DNA of 64,000 bases from Naegleria gruberi (lineage: Eukaryota). The position numbers and the translations under genes are program-made. This document shows positions 43,780 to 54,212 of this stretch, one piece after another. The notes under the pieces are model-generated. The model saw nothing but the letters and a program-made list of their open reading frames with translations, was not told the DNA's origin and did not search any database. The stretch's first letter is position 1. Every line of letters begins with the position of its first letter. The stretch lies in the NCBI GenBank assembly GCA_000004985.1, contig GG738911.1; one strand, 5' to 3'.

Positions 43780-45741
43780 ATGTTACCCACCTACTCATCG
43801 GAACGTCCCAATCAGCATTTACGTGGACGAGGAAATAATGTAACATCTCCATCACCTTCATCTTCGTCATCTTCGTCATCATCACCATTGGAAAATAATT
43901 TATCTTCTGCATCATCATCAAATTTTGGCGCCAGAAAGTCCAAATGTTCAGGCAAGAAAATAGGCTGTTTAATAATAGGCTTGTTATTGCTCATCATTGC
44001 CTTGTATTGGTTGTTTAGTGTTGTGAGTGAGAATGTAATTATTGTTACGGATGATGATGCTGATAATGCTGTTGCAACAAATTTTAGGAATATTGCAGAA
44101 TTGGATGGAAATGAAAATACTAATATTAAATCAGCATCGGAGAAGGATACTAAAACAAGCCTTAAAAAAGATAAGAAAGAGGAAGGTGATGAAAAGAAGG
44201 AGGAAATTGTACCACCACCTCCAATTGTTAAACGTAAGAAGAACAAACAAGAGAAACAACAAGATTTAATATTTGAAGAAATTGCTAAATTATTAACTAA
44301 TCCAGATCAAACAAGCGAAGGATCCTATGGATGGTATAGAAAACAATTAGATACTAATAATAGATTAGGTAATACTTTATTTGATGATCCTATAATGACT
44401 AAATTAGGATTTCAAGATACTCTTACCACTAGTGAATTATTATTTTACTATTTTAGAACATTTAATACGACACAGGAATGTAGACAACAACATACATGTA
44501 AAATTTATGCAGATAGAACTGCAGGTGAATTTTTGGAAGAGGGAACTCAATTGGATGCTGTTGTGCAACATTGTCAATATAAGGAACCTTACTTTTTAAA
44601 TTCACATGAACAAGAATCCAAGAATTTGAATGTTTTTCATTCACTCATTACAAAATCAGATGATAATTTAAAGAATATTGACAAATTAGAAGTATCTAAT
44701 GTTTTAGCACATTCTAATCATATGGATTATTTATATGGAGAACAAATGTGGAGAGGAATGAGAAGATTATCAATTATCATGTGTAGTGAAGCTCGTGTTC
44801 ATGATCTTGTTGGTCCAATAACACAAAAGAAGAATGATTACAAATCAATGCAAAGATTTTCAGATTCTACAGCTGACATTTCAATTTGTTTCCTTTCAAC
44901 ATGTTCTGTTTGGGTTAATTATCATTATTGGCAATTATCTTTATCCAAATCAAATGAATTTGGAACTAAACCATTCAAAAACAATAAGGGAATTTGTGCT
45001 TTTATTTCAAATTGTGATCAAGCTGGTTGCACTGATTTAAAACAAAGATTTGAACTCTTGAATACACTCTCAAAATACATTCCAGTGAGACAATATGGTA
45101 AATGTGGAAAGAATGCACAAGAAGGACCAGGTGGTAAAACATTTGAAATTGAAAATAATTGTCGATTCTATTATGCAGCTGAAAATTCAATTGCCAAAGA
45201 TTATGTTACTGAGAAATTCTTTGAAGGAGTAAGAGCTCTTCAAAATGGTGCCAGAGTAATTACATTATATAGAGGTGCTCCAAATTTGAGACAAGATTGG
45301 GGATTTCCAAAGTCTCTCTACTTGGATCATAATGATTTTGAATCTGTGGATGCATTGGGTCAATACATGAAGAAATTGAATGATGATGACAATGCCTTTG
45401 AACGATGGTTCAACAAGATGACAATGCAAGAAAGAAAGAAGGTTGATAAGGTTTTAGATGGTTTCGAACATAGACTTGGAACTAATATTCCATGCAGAAT
45501 TTGTGCCATTGTTGGTGAAATGAAATTAGCACGTTATTTATTATTTAAAATTGGATTGAAAACAACAACAGCAAAGGTCAATTGGTATGAATGGCAACAA
45601 TTCAAAGCAGATAAGTTTGAAAATCTCTCCAAGGACAGACTTGCAATATTGGATCATATTTATGTGATGGCCTTTAATATTTTCCAAACTGAAAATAATA
45701 AGGCAAATAGATTTAATCTTGCTTGGGATTTTAATAAGTAA
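43780..45741 (+). CDS. GT10 alpha-1,3-fucosyltransferase-like type II membrane protein (paralog B)
   Basis: 653 aa with an aaaaaaaaaATG start. The cytoplasmic Ser-rich tail is followed by TM 'CLIIGLLLLIIALYWLFSVV' and an acidic, Lys-rich stem. The catalytic region carries 'FYYAAENSIAKDYVTEKFFEG'. It is transcribed divergently from 42357-43589. Confidence 0.7.
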   Translation: MLPTYSSERPNQHLRGRGNNVTSPSPSSSSSSSSSPLENNLSSASSSNFGARKSKCSGKKIGCLIIGLLLLIIALYWLFSVVSENVIIVTDDDADNAVATNFRNIAELDGNENTNIKSASEKDTKTSLKKDKKEEGDEKKEEIVPPPPIVKRKKNKQEKQQDLIFEEIAKLLTNPDQTSEGSYGWYRKQLDTNNRLGNTLFDDPIMTKLGFQDTLTTSELLFYYFRTFNTTQECRQQHTCKIYADRTAGEFLEEGTQLDAVVQHCQYKEPYFLNSHEQESKNLNVFHSLITKSDDNLKNIDKLEVSNVLAHSNHMDYLYGEQMWRGMRRLSIIMCSEARVHDLVGPITQKKNDYKSMQRFSDSTADISICFLSTCSVWVNYHYWQLSLSKSNEFGTKPFKNNKGICAFISNCDQAGCTDLKQRFELLNTLSKYIPVRQYGKCGKNAQEGPGGKTFEIENNCRFYYAAENSIAKDYVTEKFFEGVRALQNGARVITLYRGAPNLRQDWGFPKSLYLDHNDFESVDALGQYMKKLNDDDNAFERWFNKMTMQERKKVDKVLDGFEHRLGTNIPCRICAIVGEMKLARYLLFKIGLKTTTAKVNWYEWQQFKADKFENLSKDRLAILDHIYVMAFNIFQTENNKANRFNLAWDFNK

Positions 45742-45849
45742 ATTAATATATTGATATTTACATTTATTAAATATATTAAAATACTATTTTACTATTAATA
45801 TTGAATATTAATAGAAAGTATGTTGTTTTAAATGAATATAATAGGAAAT

Positions 45850-46712
45850 TTAAACAGTAAATTGTTCATGATATTTCTTATCTAATTCTTTCAATTCTTC
45901 CACAACTTTGGCCTTTAATTCTTCTTGTTCTTCTGTTAATTGTTTCTTGTTATTTAAAATAACAAGTGTCTTTCTCAATTCCAATATTTCATTTTTCATT
46001 CTGAATATTCATATTCATTATTCATAATAATATCAGAATTGTAACAAAAAAAACAAATTGATTAATAATAAAATATCACACATTTGTACATACTGAGATG
46101 TTATTGGATTTTGTAAAATTTCCTCTGCTTTTTTAATTCTTGCATTTTCATAGGCGCGTGAAAATTGATTTGCAGCACTAATTACATTCAAAGCCTTGTT
46201 CCATCTCTTAATTGCTTGTTTCTTTTCATATTTAAATGTTTTATAGGTTAATTCATCTATTTTAGCAATTGCTAAATGATTATTTAATTTTAATTGATTA
46301 TTACTGTTATTAGTATTATTAGTATTATTATTATTGGATAATTCATTTAATTTTAAACCATTAATATATTCATTATATTCTTGTATTCTTAATTTGGATA
46401 ATTCACTTTCCAAAACATGTAATTGTCCGATCAATTTCTTTTTTACAAATCAACAATAAACATTAAATATACTATACTATTTAAAATATATACCTTAATT
46501 TCAATTTTATAAGAATCATCAATAATAACTCTAGTATTATATCTCTTTTCAAGTAATTCCTTTTTAATTTGATCAATTTGTAAAACTTTGCTTTGAATTT
46601 CCTTCTTTTTGGAAAGGCTTTGTTTGGTGGAAAGAATTGATGTTGTTGTTGTTGGAGATGTTGGTGATGATCCGAAATCTAAGAGTGGTACTTCATGAAG
46701 AGTTGATGACAT
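45850..46712 (-). CDS. three-exon coiled-coil protein (~237 aa), only partly seen in the ORF track
   Basis: join(46712..46494, 46437..46094, 46000..45850). Introns are 46438-46493 (gtatat...aaaaag) and 46001-46093 (gtatgt...tattcag). The total is 714 nt in frame, ending '...KELDKKYHEQFTV*'. It is heptad-rich and I recognise no family. Confidence 0.5.
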
Positions 46713-48093
46713 TTTTTTTTAAAATCTATTTTTGAGCACTGACAGTTTTTTTCAATCAGGTCCATTTATGGAAATAATACAGAAAAAGTGATAAAATGGT
46801 TATTATCATTTGAATTTATTTCAATAATTAAATATTTAATGTGAAAATTAAAACAATAATGTTTACTCATCCAATTAGAGAAGGTATTCCAATATTTGTT
46901 TGTAAAATAGTATCAAGTTACAACAAGATTATTTTAAAATTATTAAAATTCATTCATTGTAATCATTTTAATATAGCTTTCAAAATTAAGGTGAATTTGA
47001 TATTATCCTGAAAGTTTTCGCGTCGAATTTGTTCATACAGAAAAGGAAAGTGGTGCTTCTCATGAGAACAATTTTCCATCTATTCTGTAAATTTACAATA
47101 ATAACTGTAAAGAATCAATTATTTTATAATAATCATGGATGCATATATATTTGTATTCCAATTATTACTTTATCCTTTATCACACACTAGTTTCGAATAA
47201 CATTTTACTACTCCGCATTCAATCATTTCCAATATAAAAATCTTTAGAGATTCCTTCTAGGTTGATTACTTGTGTTTTTTTTGAAGGTTACCTTCAACTT
47301 GTTTCACTGTAGTTAATTGTTCATCATGATTTAACACTCAATAAGTTTACAATAAATTTGTGATCAATCAGATTGAATACAACCATCCTCACAAATCAAT
47401 CAATGTTGAAGTTCATTGTAAAAATTTACAGTTGTCCACAAGTACCCACTCACCATCCAATCCATTCACTCCACTCCACATTTTACAATTATTTTGACAA
47501 TCTTTGAGTTCATCAAAACGAAGGTGTGGACAATGAGAGATTGGCTAATATTTCCTTTCATGATAAACAACCAATAGTCAATCCATAGTCATACAAGAAG
47601 GTAACGCCATATATCAAATCATGGCGCTGAATCATCATGCATGATTTGTATCATCTTCACCAACTTCTGTCCAACGGAACTTTGCATTTCTCATTATAGA
47701 TTGTTGTGTTGAATCTAATTCCGAAGTCGTCAAAGATTACAATGGAAAGTACTGTAAATGCAAAGTGAAGGAGGGAACTATCAAATTAGCCTTCTTCCAT
47801 TGTATGTAACAACATCTTCAAGAAGAAATTGATAGTACTGCTGTAGTACATCAGACGAAACTTTGGAAGTGCCCCATACGAATCTCTTTCCAAGTTCAAA
47901 AGCCTAATGATTGCTTTAATCGCTGCAACCCAACAAAGGTACTCAAAATTTTCACAACATGTCAAACTTATTGTTACGTCACCTTCGAACGACATTTTGA
48001 TGTAACACAAATTCACAAAGGCTATAAAATCGCCCTCTGAGTTATCATTCCCTGATCAAATCAACAACAAAAAAAATCAACTAAAACAACAAA

Positions 48094-48831
48094 ATGCCAG
48101 CCATTAACGCTCACCTCCGTTCTGCTCACGGTAAATTCTTGTGTATCGAACCATCCGGACAAGTTGTTGCCAACAGAGATGCCAATGGTCCATGGGAAAC
48201 TTTAACTTTGATTCCATATGGTGGTAACTATGTTTTCAGATCTGCTCACGGAAAGTATGTCTGTGCTGAACCATCTGGTTTGGTCATTGCTAACAGAGAT
48301 GCTATTGGACCATGGGAACAATTTTCATTGGTTCAATCTGGATCACATGTTGCATTCAGATCTGCTCATGGTAAATTGGTTTGTGCTGAACCAAGTGGTT
48401 TGGTTGTTGCTAATAGAGATGCTGTTGGTCCATGGGAACAATTCCACTTCTCATTGGCTCCAAATCAAACTATTGCTTTGAGACATGCTCATGGTCAATT
48501 GTTGTGTGCTGAATCTAATCACTCTGTTGTTGGTAATAGAAGTGCTGTTGGTCCTTGGGAAAACTTCCATGTTGAACATCATAGTGGTAAGAATGCTTTC
48601 AGATCTGCTCATGGTAAATTGATGTGTGCTGAACCAAGTGGTTTGTTGGTTGCTAACAGAGATGCTGTTGGTCCATGGGAACAATTCACTGTTGAATTGC
48701 ACGGAAATGGTAATATTGCATTGAAGTCTGCTCACAATACCTACGTTTGTGTTGAACCAAGTGGTCAAATTGTTGTCAATAGAAGCGCTGTTGGTGCTTG
48801 GGAACAATTGTCTTTCAATCCACACTTTTAA
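48094..48831 (+). CDS. fascin-like beta-trefoil repeat protein (six ~41-aa repeats, i.e. two predicted trefoils)
   Basis: 245 aa. It repeats '(F)RSAHGK(F/Y)(L/V)C(A/I)EPSG(L/Q)V(V/I)ANRDAxGPWE(Q/T)F' six times, which resembles the fascin/hisactophilin-type trefoil subrepeat (compare fascin '[20 protein letters not shown]...ELF'). Confidence 0.55.
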   Translation: MPAINAHLRSAHGKFLCIEPSGQVVANRDANGPWETLTLIPYGGNYVFRSAHGKYVCAEPSGLVIANRDAIGPWEQFSLVQSGSHVAFRSAHGKLVCAEPSGLVVANRDAVGPWEQFHFSLAPNQTIALRHAHGQLLCAESNHSVVGNRSAVGPWENFHVEHHSGKNAFRSAHGKLMCAEPSGLLVANRDAVGPWEQFTVELHGNGNIALKSAHNTYVCVEPSGQIVVNRSAVGAWEQLSFNPHF

Positions 48832-49246
48832 ATTGAATCATTAAATGATAATGATATTCAATAACACTGATATTAATAATAAAAATTATTATCCAACAGT
48901 GATGAATGTACTTTAAAACACAACATGATTGTTTTATTTTGTTAAAAGTTGGACTTTGACTATTGTATGTTATTCTATTACCAACCATGAAGGCTTTGTG
49001 GACTATCAACAACAAGGCTTTAATAATGTAAGTTTAAATATCCTTAATGAGACACATCCTTATGAAGAATCTTCAATACGCATCCATAATTAGTTCTCCG
49101 TAAAGAACGCTGCATCGTCTCTATTAAGGCAATCTTCACAAAACACTGTAATTGCGCAAACATCACATTAATGTACAAACAGAGCCTCACTCACTCATCA
49201 TCTTCACAACAAACAAACAAAAAAACAACACCAACCACTGACTGGT

Positions 49247-50695
49247 ATGAAATTAACTCATTCTCAACAACACTGTAACAAACCACTCACTTCAATATTG
49301 CTATTTTCATGTATCTTAATAATAGGCTATTCTACACTACTATTTATTAAACATCATCACGGAAATGGACAGAATGAGAAGAAACTAGTAGGCTTGGAAA
49401 ATGTTCATGATGAAGTTGTGTGGACGGGAAGAGATGAAGACTTTGAAAAAAGCCTAACAAAATCAGCCTACAAGAAAATGTTTACTTTACAAGATTTATT
49501 ATCACTTTCTAAAATTTACATTTATGAAGATTTTCCAAATTTTAATATAAAATTATTTGAAAATGATGGAATTCAAATTTCTAAAAATGAAATTTTTAAA
49601 TATAAAAATTTGGATTCAATTTCACAAAATATTGTTGCAAATATTAAAAATTTAATTATTGGAAAGGAAATTAAATTAAAAATAACTCCATTTGGAAATA
49701 ATATAAATAGTAAATTTTATTCAACAAGTGAACAAGTACTTGAACCCTATTTACATTATAGATTATTAACACATCCAAATAGAGTAGCAAATATACAAGA
49801 TGCAGATTTAGCATTTATTCCATTTTATTCACATTTATTAAAATTTGCTACTAAAAATGGAAATATAATTCCATTAAATACAATTATTCAATATACAAAT
49901 TCACTTTTACCTAAAACTACAAACACAAATATTCCACATTTAATTGCTTATTCTGATTTGGGATATAATACAAAAGAAGCCTTGAGAGAAATGTTTAAAT
50001 TTGCACCAAATAATTTTTATTTTGTTTGTTATGAAGAAGATCAATCTAGTAGTGGATATTACCTTCCTAAAAAGGCACCTTCAAGAGTAATTACAGTTCC
50101 ATATATGTCAATTATTCATAAATCGAAATTTGAAAATTTTTATGAAAATTTCAAAATAATGAAAAATAGAACTTTTTTTACATGTCATGTCGGTAATTTA
50201 AATAGATGGCCAATTCAATACATGTCAAAATATTTATCAACACCATTTTATACATCACTTTCCAATGAACAAGCTTCCAATTTAGGAAATTTAATTGAAT
50301 TTTATTCTAATTGTAAATTCTCAATTCATATTTCAAGTTTAGATGGAGAGATGAGGATTTCCCGCCATTTTTATACATCACTTACAACTGGTACCATTCC
50401 TATTTTATTTAATTCTAATGAAATGAGTTATTCAAGCCTTTTTAGGGGTGCACTCGATTTGGAAATGATGGCTATTATTATACCAAATTCAATTCATCAA
50501 ATTAGAGATGAAAAGGAACAATCATGGGCAATTATTAATTATTTAAAAAGTATTCCATTAAATGTTTTTGAAAAAAAGAGAAGATTTATTTATGATCATT
50601 TACAATATTTACAATATTCAATGGAAAATGATCAACAAGATGCAATTTCATTAATTATTGGAAGTGTTGTTAAATTAAATTCAATATTAATTTGA
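49247..50695 (+). CDS. exostosin-like GT47 glycosyltransferase (single domain, type II membrane)
   Basis: 482 aa. The N-terminal TM is 'LTSILLFSCILIIGYSTLLFI'. Motifs are 'ADLAFIPFYSHLL' and 'CKFSIHISSLDGEMRISRHFYTSLTTGTIPILFN'. Confidence 0.6.
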   Translation: MKLTHSQQHCNKPLTSILLFSCILIIGYSTLLFIKHHHGNGQNEKKLVGLENVHDEVVWTGRDEDFEKSLTKSAYKKMFTLQDLLSLSKIYIYEDFPNFNIKLFENDGIQISKNEIFKYKNLDSISQNIVANIKNLIIGKEIKLKITPFGNNINSKFYSTSEQVLEPYLHYRLLTHPNRVANIQDADLAFIPFYSHLLKFATKNGNIIPLNTIIQYTNSLLPKTTNTNIPHLIAYSDLGYNTKEALREMFKFAPNNFYFVCYEEDQSSSGYYLPKKAPSRVITVPYMSIIHKSKFENFYENFKIMKNRTFFTCHVGNLNRWPIQYMSKYLSTPFYTSLSNEQASNLGNLIEFYSNCKFSIHISSLDGEMRISRHFYTSLTTGTIPILFNSNEMSYSSLFRGALDLEMMAIIIPNSIHQIRDEKEQSWAIINYLKSIPLNVFEKKRRFIYDHLQYLQYSMENDQQDAISLIIGSVVKLNSILI

Positions 50696-51531
50696 AAAAT
50701 AAAAATGAATAACAATTAAATATTATTTGTTTAAAATGAAAAAAGGAAAATTTCTTTGGTGAAATAGTTATATTAATAATTCAAATAAATTTAAAATTAA
50801 TTTTCAGTCTGTTCTCTTCTAAATTCTTTATTTGATTGAATTAATTTGTTGAGCTGAATTTTCTCTGATATTCCAAAAGCTGTTGATTCCAACAACTAAG
50901 GGAGGTAGCAAGAGTGTTCACAAGCTAAAGACCACACTCTTTCTTTTAAAATATTTTGTTTTCGGTTCTTTCTTGGATGCTTCTAAAACATCGAGTGGTA
51001 AAATTTAAGTTCCTATTTTCACTAACAATTGGAATAAGGTTGAACATTATTCTTATCAGGTACTTCAAATTCAATTTATTTCTTCAGATACCACTAATCT
51101 TGTAAGAGGAAATGCAATGAAGTAACATTGGGATGACGATTATAGCAATTAAGATAATTCAAACCCTGATTGTTACACTGTAATAAAATCCTTTTCCAAA
51201 AATAATATCATTTCTCGAATTCTTTCAAAATGATTCATTGTAACAATGGATTTTGTTGGCAAAATTGCAAAACAAGATATGAGCTTTCTTTTTGGAATAT
51301 CTTAAAATTGAATTTACTCTAATAGTTTACTAATATATTTGGAGTTTAGTTTGATTTGTTTAATCCTACACTATAATCTTGTAATTGATATTGTAATTTC
51401 TAATAAAATATCCATTATATATGCGACACCATCGCAAACATCCGTTCTTGTAATGGAAATAGGACGTTCTTTGGTCGTTCATTTTCTAATTATGCGCATG
51501 CATGTATTCTTTAATTCAACAACATTAAAAA

Positions 51532-53835
51532 ATGGTCAATAAATCAATGCTACCCTCACTACCACCATCATTAACAACTACCACCACTCCAACATCATCA
51601 TCCTCATCCTCATCCTCCATAACAGCCTCATTAGTGTCACAACATTTTAGACCATTCAATAATATTAATAATCAATATGGAAATGAATGTTTATTATCAC
51701 TTCCTACTTTACAATTACCATCATCATTTCATTCACAACAACAACAACACCACTCATCATCATTATATGATAATAGTAATACAATAATAGAACAACAACA
51801 ACAACATTCATATCAACCTTATGATAGTTTTAATTTTACTACTACCAATAATACCAATAATAATAGTACTACAAATGGTGATACATTTTCATCATCAATT
51901 AATGCTCAAATATTATTTAATAATAATAATAATTTGAATAATAATTTGAATAATAATAATAGTAATAATAATATTAAAATTGAGAATGATATAATTAGTA
52001 ATAATAATAATGAAGATAATGTTGATAATAGTGCTATTAATAATGATAATAATGAATTCCATCCAATATCATGTAATAATTGTAGACGTGTACACAAATT
52101 TTGCGGTATGTATATAGTAATTAATATTTTTAAAATATTTTTTTTTTAAATAGATAGAAAATTACCATCATGTGAAAGATGTTCAACTAAAGGAATGACA
52201 TGTGAATATAAAATACCTAAGAGAATGAGATATCATAGATCTGATAAATCTGAAAAGAAACAAAAAATTGTAAATAATATTTCTACTACTATTAATAATA
52301 ATACTATAAATAATAATACTTCCAATTATATTAATAATAATATAAATAGTAATACTAATTTATTAAATAATAATAATAATAATTTAAATAATAATAATTT
52401 ATCTAATTTAAATAATAATAATTTAAATAATAATTTAAATATAAATTTAAATAAAAAATTAATAATACCAAATAAATTAAGTAAAAAACAAGTATTAGAT
52501 TATTATTATTCATTACATAAAGATGAAATATTTGATAAAAATTATTTTGAACAATTACTTTTAAAAAAATCCAAAGATGTAACATGTTTATTTTATTCAA
52601 TGAAATTACTTGTTGAACAAAGGCTAGGAATATCATGTGATAAATCATTACAAAAATGTAAAGAATATCTATCTAAATATTTTGATCAAGTGTCAAATTT
52701 TTATATAGCCTACACTTATTTATGTTTATGTGGATATGAATTTGGAAATGGAAAGAGAAATTTACAAAAATTTTATTTTCATGCCTCCAAGTCATATTTT
52801 CATGATAAAGATTTAAATGAATTAAATTCACATGAAAAAATACTTCATCAAAAATTATTTATATTTGAAATTTTAATTTCAGATTCTGAATTTGGATTAA
52901 GTTTAATTTCTAAAAATTATCCAAAATTATTTGAATTTGTAACAAATTATAAATTACCAAATGAAATTGCATCTACTTTAGAACAAGAAGTAAATTCAAC
53001 AAATTGTTTTGAAAAATTAAAAATTATTGAAATTGTACATTCATATATGGTAAATTATTTAGATAATAAACCTAATAATAATAATAATAATAATTCTAAT
53101 AATAGTAATAAATCTAATAATAATTCTAATAATAATTCTAATAATAAATCTAATAATAATAATAATGAAATTATATTATTTGAAGAATCTAAAATATATG
53201 AACAAGCCTTTAATAATATATTTTTAAATGGTATGAGAATTGCATTATTAACAAAAGCAGGATATGGTGATTATGAAATGGTTGAAGATGCAGCTCTAAA
53301 TATAACTTATTTAACAGAACATGAATCTTTCCAAATTTGTCCTGTTTTTGTTGTTTCATATATAGCATTAGCTAGTAGAGTACATTATCATATTGTTAAA
53401 AGAATTGAACAAGGATTAAGAAGTAATCATTTAATTGGTTTATTAAATAATAATAATATTTTATTAAATTCAAATAATTTAAATGTATTATATCATTTAT
53501 CTAATAATAATAATAATACTATAAATGGAAGTGGAAATGAAAATTTAATAAGAGGACCTGTTGATTATTATGAAATTATAGAAAAAGATTTAAATGCATT
53601 AAATACATTAAAAAAGAAATATAAATTACCAGTTGAACATTATCAATCTCTTATTGATGATTTACAACATTTATTAAATAGATATAAAAATAATTTATTA
53701 AATAATAATTTATTAAATAATAATAATAATTTATTATTAAATAGTAATTCAAGAATGGATACATATATTAGTTGTGATGATATTTTACAAATGTTATTAT
53801 ACAGTACTCCAAATACACCCAATTCAATAAATTAA
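51532..53835 (+). CDS. Zn(II)2Cys6 (GAL4-type) binuclear-cluster transcription factor with long Asn-rich tracts
   Basis: join(51532..52105, 52154..53835). The 48-nt intron at 52106-52153 (gtatgt...aaatag) is phase 1. The spliced product reads 'ISCNNCRRVHKFC-DRKLPSCERCSTKGMTCEY', which is C-x2-C-x6-C-x6-C-x2-C-x6-C, the exact GAL4 spacing. The rest is Asn/Ser low complexity plus a ~350-aa alpha-helical-looking region. Confidence 0.65.
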
Positions 53836-53996
53836 TTTAAAATATTAAAATATTTAATGAAGGCTTTTAGTATCTTTTGTTCACCTTTTTAAAGATAAAT
53901 TTCTTAATTTGTCCGTTCTCATTATTATCCTTTTACTGCTGTGATGTATTAGTTGAGTTGTAGTAACAGTCACACACTACTGATGGATTGAAAAAA

Positions 53997-54162
53997 ATGT
54001 TACCAACATTTAATTCCTCAAATCTTCACACTAGAAAGAGAGGAGATTTATCATCTTCATCGTCATCGTCATCTTCATCAAATCAACAACAACAACAACA
54101 TTTTAAATCAAACAAGTCTAATTGTCTGAGTAAAATAGTTTATTTAATAATAGGCTTGTTAT
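53997..54162 (+). CDS. 5' fragment of a third alpha-1,3-fucosyltransferase-like gene (cytoplasmic tail and start of the TM), truncated by the assembly gap
   Basis: 'MLPTFNSSNLHTRKRGDLSSSSSSSSSS...KSNCLSKIVYLIIGLL' parallels the N-termini of paralogs A ('MLPTYASERPNQDLHTRRN...') and B ('MLPTYSSERPNQHLRGRGN...SSSSSS...KIGCLIIGLLLLIIALY'). It has an aaaaaaATG context. The sequence after the gap is non-coding, so the gene is either incomplete in the assembly or a relic. Confidence 0.4.
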
Positions 54163-54212
54163 NNNNNNNNNNNNNNNNNNNNNNNNNNNNNNNNNNNNNN
54201 NNNNNNNNNNNN
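54163..54212. other. assembly gap (50 N, the unknown-size convention)
   Basis: Run of N. Confidence 0.95.

Noticed and set aside
47786-48016. 76-aa ORF upstream of the fascin-like gene, and other isolated 60-100-aa ORFs (12479-12667, 13387-13587, 48815-49015, 55218-55403, 60497-60691)
   Set aside because: No A-run/ATG context, no motifs, and they overlap likely promoter or UTR sequence.
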